A stretch of 63,919 nt of DNA, counting the filler, from Acetivibrio sp. (GTDB taxonomy: Bacteria; Bacillota; Clostridia; Acetivibrionales; Acetivibrionaceae): assembly GCF_035371925.1 (NCBI RefSeq). It is 3 parts of 3 records of this genome, joined end to end, with 100 filler letters (N's around TTAATTAATTAA, not from the genome) between each part and the next. Parts side by side here need not be neighbours in the genome. Positions count along the whole stretch, not along the records: positions 1 to 27,426 come from NZ_DAORXT010000036.1; positions 27,527 to 52,522 come from NZ_DAORXT010000037.1; 1 more part is not named here. The stretch is one strand, 5' to 3'. Both the position numbers and the translations under genes were made by a program. Below, piece after piece: positions 19,203 to 28,166 of this stretch (within the stretch, counting starts at the first letter, position 1; each line of letters opens with the position of its first letter). The notes below the pieces were generated by a model. The model saw only the letters and a program-made list of their open reading frames with translations, was not told where the DNA came from and made no database searches.

Positions 19203-21161
19203 ATGGATAAGAAGACCTTTTACATTACGACGCCGATTTATTACCCAAGCGACAAGTTACATATAGGACATTCATATACTACTGTTGCGGCGGATGCTGC
19301 GGCAAGGTACAAGAGACTTAAAGGCTATGATGTAATGTTTCTGACAGGAACGGATGAGCATGGGCAAAAGATTGAGAGAAAAGCCAAAGAAAAGGGAGTT
19401 ACGCCAAAGCAGTATGTGGATGAGATAGTCGCCGGAATCAGAGAATTGTGGAAGCTTTTGAAGATAACCAACGACAGATTTATAAGGACAACGGACAGTG
19501 AGCATGAGAAGACCGTGCAGAAGATATTTAAAAAGCTCTACGATCAGGGTGATATCTATAAGAGCGAGTATGAAGGCTGGTATTGTACTCCCTGTGAGTC
19601 CTTCTGGACGAAGACACAGCTGGTTGACGGCAAATGCCCCGACTGTGGAAGAGAAGTGGAACTCACAAAGGAAGAAAGCTATTTCTTCAGGCTTTCCAAG
19701 TATCAGGACAGGCTTATAAAGCTCATCGAGGAAAATCCAGATTTTATACAGCCCGTTTCAAGGCAAAATGAAATGCTGAACAACTTCCTAAGACCGGGAC
19801 TTGAGGACCTTTGTGTGTCCAGGACCACTTTTGACTGGGGAATACCGGTGTCCTTTGATGACAAGCATGTGGTGTATGTTTGGATTGACGCTCTTTCCAA
19901 CTATATTACCGCACTAAACTACATGTCCGAGGATGATTCGGATTACCGCAAATATTGGCCTGCGGATGTTCACCTTGTGGGAAAAGAAATAGTGCGTTTC
20001 CACACAATTATATGGCCTGCAATGCTCATGGCATTGGGTGAGCCTTTGCCGAAGCAGGTATTTGGTCACGGCTGGCTCCTTTTAGAGGGTGGAAAAATGT
20101 CCAAGTCAAAGGGAAATGTGGTTGACCCCGTTGTACTTGTTGAAAAGTACGGTGTTGACGCAATCAGGTATTTCCTTTTAAGAGAGGTTCCTTTCGGCTC
20201 CGACGGAGTATTTTCAAATGAAGCGTTGATAAACAGGATAAATTCGGACTTGGCAAATGATTTAGGGAATCTCGTAAGCAGAACCGTCGCCATGATTGAC
20301 AGATACTTCGGTGGAACCATACCTGAAGAAAGACAGCCGGGCGATTTTGATGAGGACCTTATAAATACTGTGATGGCTACGCCTCAAAAGGTGGAGGAAC
20401 TTCTTGACAGGCTGCAGTTTAGTATGGCTCTTACCGATATATGGAAGGTTATTTCCAGAACCAACAAATATATTGACGAGACCATGCCTTGGGTGCTGGC
20501 AAAGAGCGAAGAAAACAAGGCAAGACTTGCCGGAGTTTTGTACAATCTTGCAGAAAGTATCAGGATAATTTCTATACTCTTACAGCCGTTTATGCCCGAA
20601 ACTCCCGAAAAGATATGGCATCAGCTGGGTATAGACGACAAGAAGTATGTAGAATGGGAAAGTGCCAAGAAATGGGGAGGATATCCCGAAGGTGCTGCTG
20701 TAAACAAAGGAGAGCCTTTGTTCCCGAGAATCGATATCCAAAAAGAGATGGAAGAACTGGAAAAGCTCACATTGGCAGCAGCCGAAAACAAGGGAGAACC
20801 GAAGAAGGAAGAAGAACAAAAGGAAACTGCAAAGGATGAGTTTATCGGCATAGAGGATTTTGAAAAGATAGATTTGAGGGTTGGCAAAGTCATTGAGGCT
20901 GAGAAGGTTGAAAAGGCGGACAAGCTCCTCAAACTAAAGATTGAAGTGGGAAATGAAATACGCCAGGTGGTATCGGGTATTGCGAAGCATTATTCTCCCG
21001 AGGAGTTAAAGGGTAAATACGTTGTGCTGGTGGCAAACTTAAAGCCGGTCAAACTTAGGGGCATAGAGTCCCAGGGAATGATTCTTGCCGCCTCCGATGA
21101 CAAGGATTTGGTACTGGTGACCCTTGACAAAGATATGAACAGCGGAGCTAAAGTTCAATAA
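19203..21161 (+). CDS. metG: Methionyl-tRNA synthetase with C-terminal tRNA-binding domain
   Basis: HIGH, KMSKS, zinc knuckle, Trbp111-like C-terminus. Confidence 0.97.
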   Translation: MDKKTFYITTPIYYPSDKLHIGHSYTTVAADAAARYKRLKGYDVMFLTGTDEHGQKIERKAKEKGVTPKQYVDEIVAGIRELWKLLKITNDRFIRTTDSEHEKTVQKIFKKLYDQGDIYKSEYEGWYCTPCESFWTKTQLVDGKCPDCGREVELTKEESYFFRLSKYQDRLIKLIEENPDFIQPVSRQNEMLNNFLRPGLEDLCVSRTTFDWGIPVSFDDKHVVYVWIDALSNYITALNYMSEDDSDYRKYWPADVHLVGKEIVRFHTIIWPAMLMALGEPLPKQVFGHGWLLLEGGKMSKSKGNVVDPVVLVEKYGVDAIRYFLLREVPFGSDGVFSNEALINRINSDLANDLGNLVSRTVAMIDRYFGGTIPEERQPGDFDEDLINTVMATPQKVEELLDRLQFSMALTDIWKVISRTNKYIDETMPWVLAKSEENKARLAGVLYNLAESIRIISILLQPFMPETPEKIWHQLGIDDKKYVEWESAKKWGGYPEGAAVNKGEPLFPRIDIQKEMEELEKLTLAAAENKGEPKKEEEQKETAKDEFIGIEDFEKIDLRVGKVIEAEKVEKADKLLKLKIEVGNEIRQVVSGIAKHYSPEELKGKYVVLVANLKPVKLRGIESQGMILAASDDKDLVLVTLDKDMNSGAKVQ

Positions 21162-21190
21162 GTTCGCTTAAGATTTGCAAGAAACGGAGA

Positions 21191-21964
21191 ATGCTTATGC
21201 TTTTCGATTCACATGCGCATTACGATAACAAGAGGTTTAATGAAGACAGGCTTGAAGCAATAAAAAAAGCTTATGACAGCGGTGTTATGTATATTTTAAA
21301 TGCTTCTGCCGACATGGCTTCCTCAAAGGCAACAATTTCTCTCACAAAGGAATTTGATTTCGTTTACGGAGCTGTGGGGGTTCATCCCCACTCTGCGGCG
21401 GAAATGACTGACGAAGACATTGCAAAGCTCGAAGAATTTGCGAAAGAGGATAAAATTGTTGCAATCGGAGAGATAGGCCTTGACTATTATTACGATTTTT
21501 CCCCGAGGGAGCAGCAGAAGCTTTGGTTTGCAAAGCAAATAAACCTCGCACGGAAATTAAATTTTCCCATAATTATCCACGACAGGGATGCCCACAAGGA
21601 CGTTTTGGATATAGTAAAGGCTGAACAGGCCAGAGATGTCGGAGGAGTATTCCACTGTTATTCGGGAAGTGTTGAAATGCTAAGGGATGTGTTGGAAAAC
21701 AACTTTTACATTTCTGTAGGAGGGACGCTCACCTTTAAAAATGCAAAGAAAGCTGTTGAGGTGGTGGAGCATGTACCGTTAGACAGGCTTTTAATAGAGA
21801 CCGACTGTCCGTATCTTACGCCCGAGCCCCACAGGGGAAAAAGAAACGATTCAAGCTATGTCAGGCTTGTGGCGGAGAAAATTGCCGAGATTAGGGGCAT
21901 GAGCTTTGAAGAAGTGGCTGAAATCACCACTAATAATGCAAAAAGGCTTTTTAGAATCAAATAA
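21191..21964 (+). CDS. tatD: TatD family DNase
   Basis: DSHAH, GEIGLDY, IHDRDA, HCYSG, IETDCPYL. Confidence 0.95.
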   Translation: MLMLFDSHAHYDNKRFNEDRLEAIKKAYDSGVMYILNASADMASSKATISLTKEFDFVYGAVGVHPHSAAEMTDEDIAKLEEFAKEDKIVAIGEIGLDYYYDFSPREQQKLWFAKQINLARKLNFPIIIHDRDAHKDVLDIVKAEQARDVGGVFHCYSGSVEMLRDVLENNFYISVGGTLTFKNAKKAVEVVEHVPLDRLLIETDCPYLTPEPHRGKRNDSSYVRLVAEKIAEIRGMSFEEVAEITTNNAKRLFRIK

Positions 21965-21989
21965 TTTAAAAATTGACATAATACATTTA

Positions 21990-22017
21990 TCACCAATTTA
22001 CCTCCGGTTCATATAAT
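21990..22017 (+). promoter_or_regulatory. Sigma-K-like promoter
   Basis: TCAC(21990-21993)-N16-CATATAAT(22010-22017) matches the B. subtilis sigma-K consensus AC-N16-CATAnnnT. Confidence 0.5.
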
Positions 22018-22056
22018 GATATTGAGTTAAGAAGAATATTGGACCGGAGGTAAATT
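21995..22056 (+). promoter_or_regulatory. Perfect 14-bp inverted repeat that can sequester the RBS of the 22061 gene
   Basis: AATTTACCTCCGGT (21995-22008) / ACCGGAGGTAAATT (22043-22056); the right arm contains GGAGG. Confidence 0.7.
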
Positions 22057-22060
22057 TTTT

Positions 22061-22609
22061 ATGGAAAAGAAGTATAGAAAAGAACCTGTTGAAATACCGC
22101 CAGAGATAACAGAAACTGCTGGAGTCCAGACGGTACCGGGAATGGATATGATTCAGCAGGCCCAGCCAATGGATGAGGCGGAAGCAATGGGCGAGATGCC
22201 TCAAATAGGGCCAATGCAGCAGATGCCGACACAGCCCATGGAGCAAGTTCCTTATGCTCCGCAAGCCCAGCAAATGCCTTATATACAGCAAATGCCACAG
22301 ATGATGCCCGTGGTTTGTTGCCCTTTCCTGACTCAAATGCATTGTCCGATGATGCCCATGGATTATGCAGCTATGCCTCAACCGATGCAGCACGCCATGC
22401 CGCAAGCTATGCCCCAACCGATGCAGCAGGCCATGCCGCAAGTAGTGTCTCCCAATCAATATATGCCGGGTCCTTGCGGAAGTCCATATCCCACACAGTA
22501 TATGGATAGCCCGTGCGGATGCGGTTCCGATATGTACGAACAGAGCATGTATAATCCGAATATTTACAATCCAGGTATGTATAATCCGATGAGACCCGGT
22601 TATTATTAA
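22061..22609 (+). CDS. Low-complexity Pro/Gln/Met-rich protein, probably spore-coat associated
   Basis: Good RBS; MPQ/MQQ and YNP repeats; Cys clusters; 36-bp DNA tandem duplication at 22373-22444; sigma-K-like promoter. Confidence 0.7.
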   Translation: MEKKYRKEPVEIPPEITETAGVQTVPGMDMIQQAQPMDEAEAMGEMPQIGPMQQMPTQPMEQVPYAPQAQQMPYIQQMPQMMPVVCCPFLTQMHCPMMPMDYAAMPQPMQHAMPQAMPQPMQQAMPQVVSPNQYMPGPCGSPYPTQYMDSPCGCGSDMYEQSMYNPNIYNPGMYNPMRPGYY

Positions 22610-22626
22610 TCCGAAAGGAGATTGTA

Positions 22627-22686
22627 ATGGCAAAACTTGTCATTGTGTGTTGTTATATTAAAAGCTATAAGGTACTTAAAATCTAA
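22627..22686 (+). CDS. Candidate 19-aa small ORF (MAKLVIVCCYIKSYKVLKI) or gene stub
   Basis: Strong RBS GAAAGGAG 6 nt before the ATG, directly after the stop of the 22061 gene. Confidence 0.3.
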   Translation: MAKLVIVCCYIKSYKVLKI

Positions 22687-22867
22687 GCGGGTAAATTATT
22701 TACCTGCTTTTTGTATAAATATGTATAAATAAATTAGTATCCTTTGCCGATGAAAGACAAGAAGCTTGAAAGGCCTTTCAGCTGTTTTCGCAAAGAGGGA
22801 ATAAGAAGTATAATGGTCGGGAAGTCAGGTAATAATTAGGGGTATATGACAAATAATGTTTATGAAT

Positions 22868-22896
22868 TTGACAAAGAGAGCCATTTTAAATAAAAT
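22868..22896 (+). promoter_or_regulatory. Sigma-A promoter of the yabE-like gene
   Basis: TTGACA-N17-TAAAAT. Confidence 0.7.
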
Positions 22897-22937
22897 ACCC
22901 ATAAGTCCCTTAATATTTCAAATGGGAGGTGTAGGAA

Positions 22938-23996
22938 TTGTCGCAACTTCTTGAAAATATTAAAAGGTATATTTCATCCAAATTGTTGACAGTAGCAGCC
23001 GTTATAGTTATAGTTGCAGGTATTTTGGGAGCGGGGGCATATTACAGCTGTCGGAAGGAAGTAGTAATAAATTTGGACGGCAAGCAAATTGCTGTAAAAA
23101 CTATGAAATCTACCGTAAAAGAAGTATTGATGCAAAGCGGCATAACTTTAGGCGAGAACGACTATATTAGTCTTCCGCTTGATTCAAAACTGCAGAGCAA
23201 AAAAGATAATGTCATAAATATAAAAAGTGCAGTACCCGTTACAGTAATTGCCGATGGGCAGGAAATTCAACTTATGACTTCAAAAAGCACAGTCCGGGAG
23301 GCTCTTGAGGATGACCCGATAAATCTCGGCCATTTGGACCGGGTTGAGGGGGCGGACCTTGAAGACCGGATAGTTGAGGGCATGAAGTTGAAAGTTGTGA
23401 GGATAAAGAAGCAACTTGTAAGTCAAAATGAAATTATCCCTTATGACGTGATAAAAAAGGAAAACAGCAGCATGGAAAAAGGGGACTTCAAGGTAATAAA
23501 AGAAGGCAAGGAAGGAGTAAGGGAAAAGATATATGTGGTTTCCTATGAGGACGGCAAAGAAACAGGGAAGCTGCTTTTAAGCGATAACGTTGTTTCAAGC
23601 CCGGAAACCAGGATTGTAGAGATTGGCACTATCCCCAGTTATACCACAGCCAGAGGAGAGAAATTCAGGTATAAAAAGGTAATGACCATGAGGGCCACAG
23701 CTTATACCGCATCCTACGAGGATACAGGAAAGACCCCCGACCATCCGGAGTTTGGAATTACCTATACCGGAGTCAGAGCGAAAAAAGGTATTGTTGCCGT
23801 AGACCCGAAGGTTATACCTTTAGGGACAAAGTTATACATAGAAGGTATAGGGGATACTCCCGATTACGGATATGCCGTTGCCGCAGACATCGGAAGTGCT
23901 GTAAAAGGTAATATTATCGACCTCTATATGGAAGATAGAGCGGCGGTTAAACGATGGGGAGTAAAAAACGTAAGAGTCTATATACTTCACGATTGA
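22938..23996 (+). CDS. yabE: YabE-like cell-wall protein (DUF348 repeats, G5, 3D domain; Sps/Rpf-like)
   Basis: N-terminal TM; G5 motif KEGKEG..VEIGT; ATAY..VAVDPKVIPLGT..AADIG..IDLY 3D motifs; tatD-yabE-rsmA synteny. Confidence 0.9.
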   Translation: MSQLLENIKRYISSKLLTVAAVIVIVAGILGAGAYYSCRKEVVINLDGKQIAVKTMKSTVKEVLMQSGITLGENDYISLPLDSKLQSKKDNVINIKSAVPVTVIADGQEIQLMTSKSTVREALEDDPINLGHLDRVEGADLEDRIVEGMKLKVVRIKKQLVSQNEIIPYDVIKKENSSMEKGDFKVIKEGKEGVREKIYVVSYEDGKETGKLLLSDNVVSSPETRIVEIGTIPSYTTARGEKFRYKKVMTMRATAYTASYEDTGKTPDHPEFGITYTGVRAKKGIVAVDPKVIPLGTKLYIEGIGDTPDYGYAVAADIGSAVKGNIIDLYMEDRAAVKRWGVKNVRVYILHD

Positions 23997-24107
23997 TTTT
24001 TAGATTGAAAAATATTGCATAATAGTTTATGCTATAATGTTTAAGGGACTAAAATGGGGCCGGGATTAAATGTCCCGGCTTTTAAATTTTCTTGTGGAGT
24101 TGAAACA

Positions 24108-24956
24108 ATGGGAGGAAACACTAAAAAACTTATTCAAAAATATAATTTAAAATTGACAAAATCCTTGGGTCAGAATTTTCTTACTGATGATAATGTAGTA
24201 AAAAAAATAGTTGATGTTGCAAACGTATCGGATAATGACCTGGTGATTGAGATTGGCCCTGGGGTGGGCAGTATGACGACAGAATTGGCTAAAAGGGCTA
24301 AAAAGGTCATTGCCGTTGAGATTGACAAAAGACTTATACCTGCATTGCAGGAAAACCTCTGTGAATTTTCAAATGTAGATATCGTTAACAAGGACATAAT
24401 GGATGTAAATATAAATGAACTTTACGATAAGGGGCAGTACGGCAGCATCAAAGTGGTTGCAAATCTTCCCTACTACATAACAACACCTATTATTATGAAG
24501 CTTTTGGAGGAGGAGAACGATATAAACCTTATGGTTTTCATGGTTCAAAAGGAAGTGGCCCAAAGAATGACTGCCGCTCCGGGAAAAAAGGACTATGGTG
24601 CCCTGTCGGTTGCTGTCCAGTATTACACGAAGCCGGAAAAGGCCTTTGATGTGCCTCCCCACTGCTTTGTCCCTCAGCCGGAAGTGGATTCTACTGTCGT
24701 AAAACTGAATGTGAATGAAGCCCCGCCGGTGCAGCTTATAAACAGGGACTTCTTTTTCAAGGTGGTAAAAGCCGCTTTTGGTCAAAGGAGAAAAACTTTG
24801 GTAAATGCGTTGCATAATTTTAAAGTTTTGGAGAAGACGAAAGAAGAAATCAAGGAAATATTAAACCAACTGGGTATTGATGAAAACGCAAGGGGAGAAA
24901 CATTGTCAATTTCCCAGTTTGCCCAGCTTTCAAATCTGCTTTTCAAATCTTCTTAA
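24108..24956 (+). CDS. rsmA: 16S rRNA m6,2A dimethyltransferase KsgA
   Basis: KSLGQNFL, EIGPGVG, VANLPYYIT, FGQRRKTL. Confidence 0.96.
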   Translation: MGGNTKKLIQKYNLKLTKSLGQNFLTDDNVVKKIVDVANVSDNDLVIEIGPGVGSMTTELAKRAKKVIAVEIDKRLIPALQENLCEFSNVDIVNKDIMDVNINELYDKGQYGSIKVVANLPYYITTPIIMKLLEEENDINLMVFMVQKEVAQRMTAAPGKKDYGALSVAVQYYTKPEKAFDVPPHCFVPQPEVDSTVVKLNVNEAPPVQLINRDFFFKVVKAAFGQRRKTLVNALHNFKVLEKTKEEIKEILNQLGIDENARGETLSISQFAQLSNLLFKSS

Positions 24957-25000
24957 TATATTGGTCAAGAGTATACAAGGCTAAAATTCAACATATGGTA

Positions 25001-25052
25001 ATAAACCGTTAATACTTTCAATCTTTTAAGAGTATAAACGGTTTATTTTTTT
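25001..25052 (+). terminator. Intrinsic terminator after rsmA
   Basis: ATAAACCGTT..ATACT / AGTATAAACGGTTTAT followed by a T-run. Confidence 0.65.
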
Positions 25053-25191
25053 ATTTACCATCATATATATAGTTATGAACTCGGTAATATAAAAATTCAT
25101 TTTTAAAGTGCACAATTTTTTAAAGGTTAAAAGATGTTTTGTATATGGGCGGAAGAGTTCGTCTAAACCTTTTGGAGGGAGGGGCAACAAA

Positions 25192-26526
25192 ATGGATAAT
25201 AGATTTAGATATCACAGGTCATTTTTAATATTTACCCAAGAGGATTCAAGAAACGGCGAAGGAAGAGAACCGTCGGGATATGTGAAAATAGAAGTAAAGG
25301 ACGGAAAAGGGAGGCTGTCCTGTCAACTGTCAAATCTCAAGGAAAGCAATGATTCGGTCTATAAGCTGTATTTAATAAAAGCGAATGAGTCAAGCTTCAT
25401 GGCAGTTTGCCCGGGAGTCATTCCATTGGCGAGGGGAAAAGGTGAATTGAATTGGAGTTTCAGCCCGGCAGATATTGGGGGAATCGGACTCAGTGTGGAT
25501 GACATCAATATTGCGGCAGTTATTCTTGAAAATAACGAACAGTACATAGACAATATTCTCTGTCCCCTTGCGGCATATAAAAACGGTAAAATCGAGTGGA
25601 GACAGAGAATGAAGAAGTTTTTGAACAAGCAAAGGGAGGGGGAGAGAAAACAAAACGAGGAGAGAGAAGAAGCGAAAGAAACAGCAAGAACAAAAGAAGT
25701 TCAAAGAACGGAAGAAGATGTGTTAATTGAAACCCAGCTGTTAATGGCCCATGAAGACATAAAAAAAGATGAGGACATTACAAGCAAATATGAAAGTGTA
25801 ATTGAAAGTATATACAGGAAAGAGGACAAAAAGGGCGATATAGGTGCCATTGCCGAAGATGACAGCAGGATTAATGATAATATGCAAAAAGAAGAAGCGG
25901 AAGTTTCAAAGTTGCCGATAGAAGAACTGCCTGAAAATGACAAAGTAGAGGATGAGGGCATTAGAGCCGATGATAAAAATGATAATGGGGTTTGCATGGA
26001 TGATGAGCAAAAAAGAGAAGATGAGATTGAAGATGAAGATAAAAATGAGAATAGGGAAGAAAATGAAATTAAAGCTCAAATTAAAGATGAATCTGATGCC
26101 AAAAGAGAGTTTTGCAATAAAATAAGTTTTGAAGAATTGGTGAAAAAATTTGACAGATGCTTTGAAAAGTGCAATCCGTTTATGGCGGGCAGAAAAGATT
26201 ACATATGGTGGAAGATAGCAAGTCCCGTTCATTTAAACAACATACTGTACCAAATGAAAATAGATGTGCCTATCCTTTTCAATCCCTTGGTGCTTATGGC
26301 CCACTTTAAATACAGGCATTTGCTTGTGGGTATCTACGAAGACAAAACCAGAAATCTTCGTTATATTGTCTGCGGTGTTCCCGGGGTTTATTGGGTTGAC
26401 GAAAAGCCCTTCGGAAAAATGTGCAGGTGGGCCCAGGTTAATGGAAACATACCAAAATACGGGGCATTCGGGTATTGGCTTGTTTATATAAATCCCGACA
26501 CGGGAGAGATATTAAACGTTAGTTAG
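25192..26526 (+). CDS. Hypothetical protein: two globular-looking domains separated by an acidic low-complexity linker
   Basis: RBS GGAGGGG before ATG25192; E/D/K-rich middle; C-terminal ..VPGVY..YGAFGYW. Confidence 0.75.
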   Translation: MDNRFRYHRSFLIFTQEDSRNGEGREPSGYVKIEVKDGKGRLSCQLSNLKESNDSVYKLYLIKANESSFMAVCPGVIPLARGKGELNWSFSPADIGGIGLSVDDINIAAVILENNEQYIDNILCPLAAYKNGKIEWRQRMKKFLNKQREGERKQNEEREEAKETARTKEVQRTEEDVLIETQLLMAHEDIKKDEDITSKYESVIESIYRKEDKKGDIGAIAEDDSRINDNMQKEEAEVSKLPIEELPENDKVEDEGIRADDKNDNGVCMDDEQKREDEIEDEDKNENREENEIKAQIKDESDAKREFCNKISFEELVKKFDRCFEKCNPFMAGRKDYIWWKIASPVHLNNILYQMKIDVPILFNPLVLMAHFKYRHLLVGIYEDKTRNLRYIVCGVPGVYWVDEKPFGKMCRWAQVNGNIPKYGAFGYWLVYINPDTGEILNVS

Positions 26527-26672
26527 CAGAATGTTATTAGATATTTTAATCGACACATTAAAATAATTAATAAATAAATTAAAAAAATTTATAAAAACTA
26601 TTGGATTTTTTTATGATATGGTATATTATATATAGTGTGAGTTATTTAGGGGAAACAAGGGAGGTGCATATA

Positions 26673-27236
26673 ATGGAATTTATTAAAGATTTTACAAGGA
26701 AAGTTACTGACACCGCCAAGTTTGCAGCGAGGAAATCCAGCGACATGGTTGAGATTACCAAATTGAATTTCAATATTGGAACTGAAGAGGATAAGATTAA
26801 AAGAGCGTATGCTCAAATGGGGGAAATCGTATATCGCTCTTTTGAAAATGGAGAAGAAGTTCCTGCGGATTTAAAAGCACTCTGCGAAAAGGTTGCGGAT
26901 ATGAAGAAAAATATCGAGCAAATGAAGCAGCAGATTCTGAGGATCAAAAGTATAAAGGTTTGCCCGTCATGCAAAGAGGAACTTCCGGAAGAGGTGGCAT
27001 ATTGCCCTAAGTGCGGCACAAAGCAGGAAGTGGTTGTGCGTGCCTCACAGGAGCAAAAGGAAGAAAACAATGAGCAGGCCAAAGGAGAAGATGAAGCACA
27101 AAACAATACGGAGTGCAGTGAGGAATGTAATGAAAAAATTGATTGTGCTGCAGAAAACAGTGTGGAAAGTCTCGAAGAGAATAAAGAAGAGAACAGCGAT
27201 AATCAATGTCAGACGGAAGAATACGAAGAAAAATAA
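26673..27236 (+). CDS. Zinc-ribbon domain protein with an acidic tail
   Basis: RBS GGAGG; CPSC..CPKC; helical N-terminus. Confidence 0.75.
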   Translation: MEFIKDFTRKVTDTAKFAARKSSDMVEITKLNFNIGTEEDKIKRAYAQMGEIVYRSFENGEEVPADLKALCEKVADMKKNIEQMKQQILRIKSIKVCPSCKEELPEEVAYCPKCGTKQEVVVRASQEQKEENNEQAKGEDEAQNNTECSEECNEKIDCAAENSVESLEENKEENSDNQCQTEEYEEK

Positions 27237-27426
27237 AGCTTTCGTATTCTAGGATAAAATATTTTTAGTCTATGGCTTTTAACGGTGCCATGGGCTTTTT
27301 TATTTTTTTCGCGTAAGTTTCACAGTTATTTTATGTTTGTGGTACTATAAAAATTAGGTACGGTCAATGTTAATTTTATGATTGTCCCACAAAAAGCTAG
27401 AAAATATAAACAAATAGAGCAAAATA

Positions 27427-27526
27427 NNNNNNNNNNNNNNNNNNNNNNNNNNNNNNNNNNNNNNNNNNNNTTAATTAATTAANNNNNNNNNNNNNNNNNN
27501 NNNNNNNNNNNNNNNNNNNNNNNNNN
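27427..27526. other. Artificial scaffold spacer (assembly gap 1)
   Basis: N44-TTAATTAATTAA-N44; the linker gives stop codons in all six frames. Confidence 0.97.
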
Positions 27527-27574
27527 AAGGTGGCCTATTTTTTTACCGGTATGTGGTACAATTTTAGAATAGCA

Positions 27575-27763
27575 TTAACAACCTATGTCAAATATTTTTA
27601 CATTAGTTTCTTCCGAAATGTCAGAAGCCTTAGGAGCATTAGTTTTTGAAATACTATAAATTGGGGAAGGAGTGCTTTCTACTGCCTTTTGAGGGACAAA
27701 ACCACTGCATCCGGAAAGCAGCAAGGCTCCTGCAAAAGTTAGCACAGCTATAAACCTTTTCAC
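27575..27763 (-). CDS. Small putative lipoprotein (62 aa), possibly truncated
   Basis: RBS AAGGAG, GTG start; signal peptide with lipobox LSG-C. Confidence 0.55.
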   Translation of the reverse strand: MKRFIAVLTFAGALLLSGCSGFVPQKAVESTPSPIYSISKTNAPKASDISEETNVKIFDIGC

Positions 27764-27911
27764 GCTATCACTCCTTGTTTTTAAAATTTAGATTTCAAAG
27801 GGAAGTTTTTATATAGAAAATGCTTTCGATGAAACTTATACAATTTTAAATTATACCGATAAGCCATTTTTAAATCAAATGCAAATTTAGGTACAATAGG
27901 GGTAAAAAAAT

Positions 27912-27951
27912 AAAAACAGCGACTTTCAAAATACTTGAAAGCCGCTATTTT
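27912..27951 (-). terminator. Terminator downstream of tRNA-Pro
   Basis: AAAAACAGCGACTTTCAA-AATAC-TTGAAAGCCGCTATTTT imperfect hairpin; the A-run reads as a U-tract on the minus strand. Confidence 0.6.
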
Positions 27952-27954
27952 CAA

Positions 27955-28032
27955 TGGTCGGAGTGACTGGATTTGAACCAGCGACCTCTTGCACCCCAAG
28001 CAAGCACTCATACCAAACTGAGCTACACCCCG
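27955..28032 (-). tRNA. tRNA-Pro (GGG)
   Basis: Cloverleaf CGGGGTG..CTTGC-TT-GGG-GT-GCAAG..GTTCAAATCC..CACTCCG-ACCA with encoded CCA; promoter TTTACA-N17-TATAAT at 28073-28045. Confidence 0.95.
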
Positions 28033-28166
28033 ATTTGCTTTATAATTATAGCATACTCTTTTTTAGTTGTAAATATGTAAATTTAAAATTTTTAATGTAT
28101 AAAAATTTCAAAAGATGATGATAATTAAAATAAAAATAACCAAAATTTTTTAAGGAGGACAAAAAT

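Noticed and set aside
22700..22860. c-di-AMP (ydaO) riboswitch or WalR box upstream of yabE
   Set aside because: No ydaO conserved motifs; the TGTATAAATA direct repeat has a 10-bp period and mismatches the WalR consensus.
27427..27526. TTAATTAATTAA palindrome flanked by Ns (also at 52523-52622)
   Set aside because: Artificial contig linker; adjacency across it carries no biological meaning.
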